Shown here in pieces: positions 18,337 through 30,300 of a stretch of 64,000 bases of DNA. The stretch's first letter is position 1. Each line of letters begins with the position of its first letter. Source of the stretch: Candidatus Omnitrophota bacterium (GTDB lineage: Bacteria; Omnitrophota; Omnitrophia; Omnitrophales; Aquincolibacteriaceae); the NCBI GenBank assembly GCA_023247055.1, contig JAHFHF010000007.1:2186-66185 (forward strand), read 5' to 3'. The position numbers were made by a program, and so were the translations under genes. The notes beneath the pieces were generated by a model. It was not told the origin of the DNA and did no database searches. It saw only the letters and a list, made by a program, of their open reading frames with translations.

Positions 18337-21300
18337 TTAAGCGGAGATCGCAACCGCGAACTGATTGAGGAAATCGGCGGCAAGACGCGCGAGTGATTCT
18401 GAAATCACATACAGGCCGTTCTCACGCCGGATGGCCCAGCGAATGCCCGGCGCATCCGGGTCGTAACTCAAGGCCGCAGCCAACGTACCGGCACGTTCAC
18501 GCAGCAAACGAAACATGCGGATATTTTTTTGGGCCGGCCTGCTAAACCCGCTTTCATCCGAATTGGAAGCCCGTGTAAAGGCCACCACACGTCCTTCTTT
18601 CAACCTTGGGCTTAAGGCTTGATAGGCTTCTTCAGCGCTGCTTGCCGTCCAACTTACATTCGTAAAACCCCGAAACAATCGTTTAAACCGCAGCAGGCTT
18701 GAGTGGCTGCTGCGTGCGTTAAAAATCACAAAGCGCACCGCGCTGCGCTGTTTCATCACAATGACAGCCTCACGAATTTGTTCATCCGACAGCGCAGCCA
18801 GATCATCTAAACTCAATAGTGCTGTCTTCGCGGCATGCACGGGCTGGTTCCAAAATGTCAATTGTTGGGGTTGTGTGCCACGCTGGCTGCCCGGCAACCG
18901 GGGATTTAACTCCGCAAGCGATGCACTCGCAGATTTTGAATGTTTCTGCGTTCTGCGCAATTCGGCGCGTACAACCCAAGACCGTTCAAAGCGATTCAAG
19001 AGTTGGGCACTTTGAAAATGGAGGCGCTCAAGATCTGTTTTAATTTGGCTTAATTTTTTAAGATCCTCCGCTGAAAATAGCGCCTGACGCGAGGCCGTTA
19101 AAGCCGCATCGGACAAAGGCCGTGCCACACTCGCAGACGAAAAGAAGGCCTGTTCGTGATACTGATTCAGCGGTGATTTTTCAATCGTCTCGATCACCTG
19201 AATCGTCGCCCATAATTCCATGACTGTGTTCCTCAGCTGATTCCAAGACATATCTCGCCCATGGTCATGCCACGGTTTAAAAATGGCTACCAGCCCTTGA
19301 GAAAGCGTCTTCCAAAACGCAAGATTTTTTTCCTTTTCAGCATACTGTCCCGGCAGCAGTTCTTCGGACATCGTGCGTCTTTCGCGGACAATCAATTCGG
19401 ATGCAGCCGCGAGAATATCGAGCAGGGTATTCTTGGCTTCTTCGGAGGAGAGACGCGGATTTTGCGATGCAAGGCTTTCTTTGACTGTGGTACTTAAAGC
19501 AAACTCATATGGACCGTCCGCACCGGCCGTAGTTTGAAATCCATACTGTTCTAAGAGTTCCTGCGCTTTGGCCGGTGTACCGCCACTGTACTCTGCCAAC
19601 GGACGGATAGAGACCTGCTCACGCACGGCCGCTGCTTGCAAAATACGGCCTTTCAAACGGCGTTCCCTTTCAAAGTCTTTTTTCCACGCGTCATCCGCCG
19701 CTCTTTCATCCTCAAAAAACGCTCTCTGAAGAACGCGCACTTCGGACCGCTGCGCAGGATCACTCTGACCACGCCGGGTTTCTGCATCCACAATGCGAAG
19801 TTGTATTTTTAATAAAGTTCTCGCTTTAAATACGCCGTAGAGGATGCCGGGAATAAGGCCCAGCAATCCCGAAAGATGAGAACCCAGTGGTGCAGGAATC
19901 AGTCCCGCTCGCGCAAGTAGGATGCCAGCCGTTTCAACAATACCCGACGGCATTATAATCAATAGTGCGACGCTAAGCAGAAACATGAACCACCAACGCG
20001 CCCCAAAGCTTTCTCTTAGAAGCTCCCGCTTGGCTTCAAAGGATTCGGCGCTGATCGTGGGTTTCTTCTTCGCAAGAGCAGCATTCCAATGCCCCATTTC
20101 GAACATCGCTTCAAATTCGGTCGCCATATTTAAACCTGAATTCTTAAACTTTGTGACCGATTTTTGAAACTCTTCAAGATAGGCCCAGAGAATCCTGTTA
20201 TATACACCTTCGAAATCGATCTTCTCCGGTTCGGGAGAGGCCGAAGAGGGAGAAACCGTGCGTACTTCGGAGCGCTGGTGACGATAATCCAAAGGTACGT
20301 CGCGGCCCAACTCCATCAGCTGGCCTTTGGCCTGGGCGCGCAATTCCTGAAGGAAGGACTTGGGCAGGCTGTGCTCAACACGCTTGTGACGATAGTAATG
20401 CGCCAAAGGGTAAAGCAGCGCCACGGCGATGAACATACCGCCCAAGGCAATCCCAATATTCGCGAGCCTGAAATTGACCATGGCTTTGCCTGCGATAAAA
20501 ACGGCCGCGGCCGTTATGCCTAGGGTGGGAAGCAGCATCCGTTTTTCAAAAGTTTTTTGCGCTTGGTTGATCCGGTCAAGATTCCGGTTGGCATTATCCA
20601 GCATATCCAGCAGTTCGCTCTCGCGCTTTTCCTGAACGAGCTGCAAGACCGTCCGGCGGATTTCGTCAAACTGGGCTTCCGGGTTCGCCAAGACAGGCAT
20701 GTGCTCCATGGCATCAAAAGCCGGGGGCAAATCCAGCCGGAGCATTTGCGGACTAGCCTGATCATCCTGATGATTCAGCCAATAAGCGTATCCCACAAGA
20801 ACCGCCAGCGCCGCATATCCCGCAACCTGCGCCATCATGGCATACTTAGCGTCAAGGAATTGCAGACATAACGCAATTAAATAAACGAACAAAGCCGCCA
20901 TCATGGCCAGAACAAGACCTGTGGGATAATACTCCTCAAAAAAATCCCAAAACCCAGCCCGGCCGGATTGAATTTTATCCAAGTCTTTCAAGGCTGCTTC
21001 CAAAGAGGCCTTCTGGGTTTTGTCCCGCTCAAGAAGATGTATCCTTTTCCGGCCAAACGCGCTTGTGTTGACGCTCAAACTTTGCTGCACAGCCTGAAGC
21101 GCCAATTCGATTTTATAACGGGCAGTCAAAAAATAACGGTGGTCAAGATCTTGAAGCGCGCTCTTCAGAAGGTCTTTATTACCGCGCTGGGCATAGCTGT
21201 CATAAAAAACGGAAAAAAGCCGGGCTTGGAGGCTGATAAAATAAGGATTCCATTTGAGCCAGCGCCGGCTCAGCGAAGGGTATTCTTTTTGCAAATCTTT

Positions 21301-24300
21301 CCAGGCCTGAAACTGGACAAGCCAGAAAATTTTAGGCACTGGAGCATCCGGCCCGGCCGAGGCGGGCTCGCCGGCCGCATTTTGCTGCTGATGTTCTTCG
21401 GCTTCAACCGCATTTTGAATGGTTTCCAGCAAGCGCGCTAAATCCATTTTCTTCGGATTGGAATTAACGTAAAAAAAATATTTTCTGGAATCTTCACGCG
21501 TCTCGATCTCATGCAGATAAAATCCCGTGCTCCGCCAGCCGGCGACACTCTTCTGCGCGATCCTATCGATAGTTTCTCGGGCCTCATCCGACGCAGCGTC
21601 AGTGTATTCTTCATGCCACATGGCCGTAAACTCGGCATCGTTGAGAGGCCCGAAACGCACCTCGTGCTTGAGCCCATCGTTTTGTTTTAAAGCTTTCAGC
21701 GTCTCGTTGACCCGCCTAAGCAAAATCGCCGTTGTGTCCTGCGTTTCTGTTTGAGACGTCTCTTTCAGCGGATAGCGCGCCTCAAGCCGGCGCCAGGATT
21801 CAAATTCCTCCAGCCAAGCATTGTCGATATTGCGATGCAAAACCGACTTCATATCCTGCAAAATGCCGTTCCAGGGTATCTGAGAATATCGCGCGTCAAC
21901 AAAATAAAGATGTTTAAACTTAGCGTCCCGGAAGCCTGTTGCAGCAGAGGACTCAATGCGTTCATAAAGAGGACTGCGCAGATACGTGGCATTCAGGAAA
22001 CCTTTTTCACGCAACTCCTGATTGAGATGCCTCCCGCTGCTAGCTTGCAAGGGGGCAATTATCTCCTGCCAACGGGGATCTTGCGTAGTCAGAACTGTCA
22101 ATTCATGGAGATAGGGCAGAAAATCCGATTTAATTCCCGCTAAAACACGGTTGACGTCCACCGTAAAGGTCTCGATCTCCGCATGGCTGACGCGAACTTC
22201 GGAACGTCCAGTTCCGAAGTCGTCTGCCTGCACTTCGGAGAGGCTTGGCATAATCCATTTATTTTGTGAAAAATAATAAATATATTGACTAATAAGCATT
22301 CCTACGATATCCTGCCCACTGATCAAACCTTGATGGAGCGCCGCTATGGAAAACAATTCTGATCTCTCAGCCAAATGGGCTTTTGCGGCCAAGAGCCTTA
22401 TGACCTTTGCCCAAATTTTGACAACCGGAGCATTGGCAACAAAGCTTTTTAGTGAGCTCCCAATACCCTGGAGAATGGCCGTCGCCATTGGAGTTTTTTT
22501 GTTGATTATCGTAGCTATCCTGATATATCCTGCCGGTACAAAGGAACCCAATTGATATGGAAATCCCCATTCTTCTTTCTGTGATGGCCATCGGTATTTA
22601 TATCTGGTACCTGATTGATCAACACCAGATGAAAAAACGAAAGCAGTCTCACTAATTCCAAATGTATCCAGAAATTTTAATCGCCGTGATGGTGCCCTTT
22701 TTAGGAGCTTTTGTCTGGTATCTGATTGATCAGAACCGAATGCGAAAACGGAAACAGCCGCATTAATTTTTTTCTTTTTTAGCCCTTCCCGCATTTCTGA
22801 ACGCATGGCTGGCATAGCCGCTTGCTCCTGTAACAACCGTTCTACGGCGGCGGCATAATCCTGCACGGCCTTGGGCACATCCGGATTTTCGATAGGCGAT
22901 TTACTCAGGCTGCCGGCCATGCCGCGTCCACCGGCCTCCTCATAGCCCTGCGCCCTCAAATCTTGCCAGAAAGGCTCCGATAAATTTAAAAAGCGGCCGT
23001 CAGCATCCATAAACGTACGGATTTTGAATAAACGCGCAGGTCTCCCCGATCTCGGCGCAGCCGCCTTGACGGGCGTCGATACCACGATGGCTGAAATGCC
23101 CCTGAGCAAATCGGGCCGTTCCGAGCTCAGATATTGATAGGCCGAGGAACTCCAAACTTCTTTGGCTTCGTCATCAGGCACATAAAAGAAAAGCACGGGT
23201 CCGGCTTTACGCACCGTGCCTTGAGGCAGTCCCGGCACATCGAAACCGCCGCGCTGAATCATTTTTGCAATTACTTCGCGGTTTGTAAAATCACGCTGCG
23301 CGCCCCGGGCAAATAAATCGGCCATTTCCGGATCATCCGCTTGCAGGCGTCCCCTCTGGATGGCTTCATAAAGCCCGGCGGCGGAATAGGTCTTTCCTAG
23401 TTGCAACCCAAAGAACAGCGCGGAGCGGACTTTACGAATACCCTCCTCATAGGCCCATTCACCGGCAACTACTTTTTCTTCGATGGCTAAGAGGGTATTG
23501 TAAAAAATGAGCATGGTGTTCTGAGACTCTGCGTCCTGCGGCATCATTAGGTAGTCATTGAAAAGGGCAGCATTCGATAAAATCGAATGATGCGTCCGGA
23601 GAAATGCCGCATCGCCGGCATGCTCCATCACGAAATGCGAAAGCAGGATATCGGCATCGGCGTGGTCCATCAGCGCAAAAGAACGTTCCTGCAGTTTCTG
23701 AATTAAGGCGGTTTCATGATGCGCATGCAGGTAAAGCAGAAAATCGATCAAAAGCACCGTAGTGCTGATGGAGGCAAGCACGGGAAAATCATAATGATGG
23801 TCGATATGAAAAAGCCCGGGGTTTACTTTTAATCTGCCTAAAAAATCGCGAAACAATGTTTCGCGTTCTGCGGGAGTCAAAACTTGATACGGTTTATCGC
23901 GTAATGAAGCCGGCGTCCGCAGATTCACAATGTTGGATTCTCCCATCAAGGGATTTTTTGGGTTAAAATCCTGGATCCGCAGAATGCGTTGTTGGCCAAT
24001 ATCTCTGTGCTGTTCAAAGTAATCAAAAAGCATTTTAAAAACCCGGTCAGCCTGCGGAATTTTTTTGCGGCTGGCATAGAAGTATTTTGGAGTCAACTCC
24101 ACGCGCGCTGCCGGCGGCAAAATCATACTCAAACGGGCCTGCAACTCATCCAGCGGCAGGTCCGGTTCAGCAGCAAGTTCCTCTAATTGAACAAACATCT
24201 CTCTGGCGAGCCGCCGGACACGCGCCCCTTCCAGCCGGTCCATGTCTCGATGGGCGTGGTCAGCCGCTTCACGAATGCCGGTCCGCAGCATTTCAATTTC

Positions 24301-27300
24301 TTCACGGCTCACGCCAAAAAGCGTTTCAAAGTGCCCCCATTGGACGATTTTTTGCAGCATCTGGGGCCAATAGATTTGGGCCATGCGAAAAATACGGTCG
24401 GCATAGGCCTGATTGACTTCATGCCCTGCGTGAAACGTGTCTTGCATATAACGGAGGCGCGCGACCACGGAACCGCCAAAGTAAGAAAGGATCACTCTCC
24501 GGCGCTGGGCAGGCGTCGTCAGATCATCCGCAATCCTGCGCACAAACCGGCTGACAAAATAATCATGATACGCATCGCTTTCATGCCCAGTGACGTTAAG
24601 CTGCTCGGTCCGCAGCATGCCTCTCCATGCCCCCAGCGAAATATCTCCGTTGGCTTCGGCGCTTAGGCGCCGGTTCGCTTGCTGCTGTGCATAAGCATCC
24701 CGGTAAGTGTCATGCTGCTGAATTTCGGCCATGGGCATCAGGTCGATCAAGACCTGCCAAATCGTCTTTGGCGGCTGTTTACTCCCCCTCAGCCGCGGCA
24801 GCCACTTACGGATCTTTTCGGCCCGCTGCCGGCGCAAACGCCAGCGTTCCACGTATTGGTAAACAATATCCGGGTTCTGGCTTAAAGCTTCACTTAAAAG
24901 CGCGCCCCAAACCACCGATTCATCGACAGCCAAACCCTCCTCCAGTAAAACGCGGCCCGCTTTGACAAAACGCACGTAACGCTGTTTTTCGCGGCCCGCT
25001 TCCAAAAGCACCGCCCGGATCTCCTTCAAAATAGTTTTTTCAAAATGGTCGCCGGCGGAAAGTTTTTCTTCGATAAATTTAAAATCATTTTCAAAGTTCC
25101 GGAGCGCCTGCTTGCGCACCCGCTCCGTAATTCCCAAAATATAATTGTCCAGAATCTGGCGATAGTATTTTTGCTCGTTCTGTTCGGCCATGGTCTGAAA
25201 CCGTTCCAGAAAAAATCGCAAGACTACCCGGACGATGATGACAGACAAAACGAGGTCTATAAGATCCACGCGTACTTTCCAAAATTCAAAAACCGTGAAT
25301 TGTCGAATGACGCTTAAGAAATTATCGAAATTGAGCACATAACGAAAGGCTGCCAAGAAACCGGCAAACATCAGAAACAAAATAGGTATCCCAACCGTGG
25401 ACGCTAAATTCTCGACCGCTTCGGTGCTCATCAGCGTATTGCTTCGAAGCCAGCGGCGCTGCCAAGAGTGTGGCAGGATGGCGTTGGCATAGCCATGTTT
25501 GACAAAGTCCGGCACATGCACGTCGCCGCGCAGGTATTTTTTAATGAGCGTCTCGGCCATGTCCTGGCCCAAGCGCAGCATCCGCTCATGTTCTTTGACC
25601 GTGAATGCGTTTTTTTGCGCCGGCAGATCAAAAGACGGCACTCTCCAGGCTTCGGTCGTTAAATTTTGTTCCAAAATATGCGGCCGGACAATGCCATCGA
25701 TAAAAAAGCGCCGCGAGACCACCGGATCATAAAATTTCATCTGCACCAGCGATCCCTGCGGACCGGTCAAATGCTCCTTAGAATCCACAAAATCACGGCG
25801 GATCTGGCCCCGCAGATTGACCCGGTAATACTTGCGCCATTCCCCGGATTCTTCATAGGCGCGCAGCGTATTGGCAATTTGCCGCATCATGGCGGTTTCA
25901 AACTCCAAGAGTTCTTTTGGCGTTAATTGGGCCACATAATCATCATAACGATCCGCATTGAAATTGAGACGCGATTGTCCGGCTTTCAGAGAAGGGTCCG
26001 GCTTTGCGGTTTTTTGCCGCAGCAGGCGCTGAAACCACGGCGTATTTTTCATCCTAGTTTTATAGGACTGCCGCGCGCCATAGCGCAAGACCAGCGGGCT
26101 GATCGGCACGTCTGTTTCCGCGGCGGCAGGGCTGCGCATTTCAGATCGCGCAGTCGTTTCCGGCACAAACTGACCTTCGGAAACGAAAACGGGGTGCGGA
26201 AAATGGCTCCCGATATAACCGCCGCCCGGAATTGTCTCTGCGGTAATTTCGAGGGTTCCGTCTTTAACTTTGAAAATATTTCTGGTGCCGATGAGCGTTT
26301 CGACTGCCACCCGGCTGTTTTTTGAAAGATCAAAAACTCTTGGTGTTCTGGACACCTGGTCCTGGTAAAACCGGCGCGCGCTGGTAATCGGCTGCAGATA
26401 AATTTCAGAAGGCTTGTCCGGATTTTGAAAAAAAACATCCGGTCCTCCGCCATTCCCCATGATGACGACTCCGCCGTTTTCAAACATGGCCGGCTTAATG
26501 ACGGCCTTGCCGCCCGTGCGTTTGGAATCAAGCCGCCGCGTGCGCCGAAAGACACCGGCGGGGAACGCCGTAATGCCAAGGCCCGGAATCACAGAAGCAG
26601 AGGCCGGCGGCTCTGGCTCTGCTTTGTTCGCGGAGCGGAAATCCGCATGATAAAGCCCTCCGAGCGCATCGATTCCGTCCGGATGGCTGATCTGAAAACG
26701 ACCGTCCGATAGCGCTTCGAAACGTATCTTTTGGAGAATAACCGGCTGGGGCGTCCATAAATCCATAACGGCCAGCGGTGCCCGCAAACCTTCCCATTTT
26801 TCGCCGGCTGTCATATGAAAGAAAAAAATGAAACGCGGATTGCTGGTAAAACGCCTAATCATATAATCCGTGCCTCCATTTTCAATGAAAAGCCCGCTGG
26901 GGAAACGCGCTGTCTCAAAAACCCCGCGCCCGAATATAATTTCTTTTTTATTTCCGGAAATTTGTACTGCTCCGGAAATTTGCACGGCGTCAGCGCCGAA
27001 TTCCGGCACAGGCGCCCGAAAATCACTCCAGTTCCTGCCTTTCACGTGCACCGCCACAGGCTGGAATAAAGCGGCCGCGCGATAATCCACATACCATTCG
27101 CCTTCCAAATTGCCGGGATAGAATTGATTGCCCAGCCGGGCAAGAATTCTGCCGGAGGGCAGGCGGATGACGACCTGGCGTGTCTGGTCACCAGGCGCCA
27201 GCGGCGGCTCTTCGCCTTTAAAAGCGGCGCCATAGTGTGCCAGCATCTTCCGGAGTTTGGCTACGGTGGCTGGGTCAACCTCGGATTCTTGCAGCAAGGT

Positions 27301-30300
27301 GTCGGCGCTTATCTGCGTCAGATCATAAGCGGTCTTTATACGGAGTTTCCTTCTAGCGGCAGAAAAACCCAAACTTATGAGGTGGTATCGCCCGATCAAA
27401 AGATCCATATCCAAATTCCGCAGAAACACCTCGACGGCCGATTCATTCTTCAGCGCCAAACGCAGTTCGGCCAATTTGTTTCGAACTTCCTCGAGACTTA
27501 TAAGGCCAAACCCACGAATGGTAAGCAGCTCATCGGCAGATTTTTGTGTCAGTTCACCCAGCGTCGTAATGCCAAAATGGTGCGTCATTTTTCGTGCGCG
27601 GACACTCAAATCTAGCGTTGAAACAGGCTGATCAAGCAGTTCTGAATTTTTAAAATTCCGGCCTTGATGTTGCGCTTCGACGATTTCGACGCGCAAGCCC
27701 AGATGGTTTTCATTCCCGCTTACAGCGTGCGGGATTGACAGGCTGGGCAGCCATTTTTGTGAGTTAAAAAAACTGTCCAGTAATTGGATTTTTTCTGGAG
27801 ACGACAGACTGAAGTTTGTATTTTCGCGCGAAAGAATGGCGGCGAGACGCTCGGCCTCGGGCGGTATCTGCTCCAAATCAAAACCGGCGGCCAGCCACTC
27901 GGGCCAGGACTGCCGGCTGTCTGCCGGCCTGTCGCGAATCATGGCCTGGATGCGGCTTTCTCTGAGCATATGACCGGCGAGTTTGCGCGCATGGATGGCT
28001 TGGCCAGCCATCAGATGTTTAAAATAACCCGGCGTAAGCGCCGCCAGCATTAGAAACGCCAGCTTGCGGGCTAACGCCGAATTAAATTCCTTAGACAGAG
28101 TTTCAAGCAAAACGGCCTGCGCTTCTTTGCGCAAATTTTCATAGGGCAGGATTTTTTCACGCATCTGGCGGCTCAAAAGCGGCAAGGCACCGGCTTCCTC
28201 TTCGAGAGTCAGCGGGTTTTCATCTTCCTGCAGAAGGCCCAGGCGTTTGAGAAAATTCTTAATCATGATGAAGTCCCAATCCTCATACTCGCCCTCAACA
28301 TCCTGAACCCCATCGGCTGCATATTGCGGATTCAGATACCACTGGCCTTGCAAATTACCGGCGTTATAGCCCGTGCCGAGCCGCCCCAGCACTTGCCTGT
28401 GATGGCTGTATTTTGATACGACGCTAACTTGGGCGGGTTGAAACCCTTGATAAATCCAGGGTTCCGGCCGGCCTGCTTTCCTGCTGCCGCCGTCAATCCG
28501 TACTTCAAAAGACTCGAAATCAAACCGTGCTTTTTGAGTCTTTTTCCACTCCTTGATAAAATCGTGCAAAAGTGCGTCTCGAGATAAAGACGCCTCAATG
28601 TACCTGCCAAGACCATACATGGCCCATCCCGCAGCCTGGCGCGTCTGGCTCAGTTGATCCCGCGCAGCCCGGTCCGTCAACTGACGGCTGTCGGTCATCC
28701 GCACCAAACCGTCGATTTGTTTTTCGCGCGCCAACTCAGCCATGAGTGTTTTCCGAGTTATTTTCGAGGGGTCATCCACAAATTGAGCGGCAAGCCGCGG
28801 TGTAACGGCAAAATAAATCCTCTGAATAACTTCCCAAGTATCCGCAAACTTCGAATCCTGCAAGATTTTCAAAAGCGGCGCGTGCACGCGCTCCCAGGCA
28901 GACTCGGCCCAAAATTCTTGATCCATGGCCCGGTCGAAAAAAGTATCCCTGACAAAATCCCCAAACATAGGTTGATCCATAAAAACGGGCGTATCGGGCA
29001 TTTGACTCAAATGCGAATGCGTCACCAGCCCAACCCCGCCGGTGCCCGTCACTTCAAAACGGTAATCCGGCCCTAAAATCTGGCTGACTTTAAAAAGATC
29101 AACGCGCAATTTTTCCAATTGGGCGCGTGTCTTGGCATCTTCGGGTTCTTCGCCGGCCGGCCGGACCTCCGGTTGATTGCCGGCCGCTTCAAAGGCGCTG
29201 TCCCAATGCCATTGGCCGATCAAATTATCCGGCCGGTACCCGGTACCCAGCACAGCCACCTTCACCTCGGCGCCCTTGGGCTTTTTGGCCATAATCGCAA
29301 CTTCAAGCGAATTTGACTTTTCTATCGGCGTAATCTGAATTCTCAAAGACGGATCAAAGCTATTGAGTTGGTCCCGGGCATTGCCGTCGCCCACAAAATT
29401 ATGAAAATCCAAAATCAGCCCGTCTTTGAGATTGGAACTGTCATCAAACGCCTGAAGGACTCCATGCTTGGCCAAAAGCCCGGCAATACGGGAAGTCTTG
29501 TAATCCCACATCCAGCGTTTCTCAGCTAAATCGTTTCGCTTATGGGCCCAGGCTTTGCCATCCATCCCTGCGTTGGCAGTCAAGTTTGTTTTAATTTCTT
29601 TTTCAAGGGCTTGATAATAACTTTCTTCGACAAGCCGCGCCCGTACATCGCGGCCGGCCTTCAAAGACGGTTCTGACTCGGCAAACAGAATGCGAAAAAT
29701 GTTTTCCATCCAGTCTTTTTTATCTGGATGTTTATCTTTCGAAAGTTTTCCATCCAGACCAAATAATTCGTGGATTCCTAAAACCACTTTTTGAATCGCC
29801 GCCTCCCTCGACGCTGATTGTTCCGAAGTCATAGCCACGGCTTCGTCAAATTGTGTTAGGACGGCATCGCGCAACTTTTCGGCATCTTCTTCAGGCGTAA
29901 GGCTGTTGGGCCCAGGAGGAAGACCAAAATCGTTTCTAAGAAAAATGACCAGGAGTTCTTGGATAAATGCTTCATATTTCTTGTTCTGTGATTTATCTTG
30001 CGCCGCCGGACTTGGAATAAATTGCAGACTCAGTTTGGCCGCGGCTTTCAAAAGTTGCGGCGCCTGGCCGGTTTCGGGCACAGCCGGCGGTAATTTGTCG
30101 GAGCTGCGGTGCTTGAGGAGGAAATTTAAAAAATGCGGGTAAGCCATAAAAAAGCCGTCATTGCGAGACACCTGCCGCTTTTTGACGGGTGTCGAAGCAA
30201 TCTCGGACGCTGATATGACTTCGTTCCCTGCGCCTCCTCGCAATGACAAAATAGCCGCGGCAGAAGGCAGCGCGGCGCTTTCGATAAAAAGATAAAACAG

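Noticed and set aside
29161-29178. QPEVR, and RPEM near 36515, as extra boundary motifs
   Set aside because: Too degenerate, with no evident compositional break; not counted.
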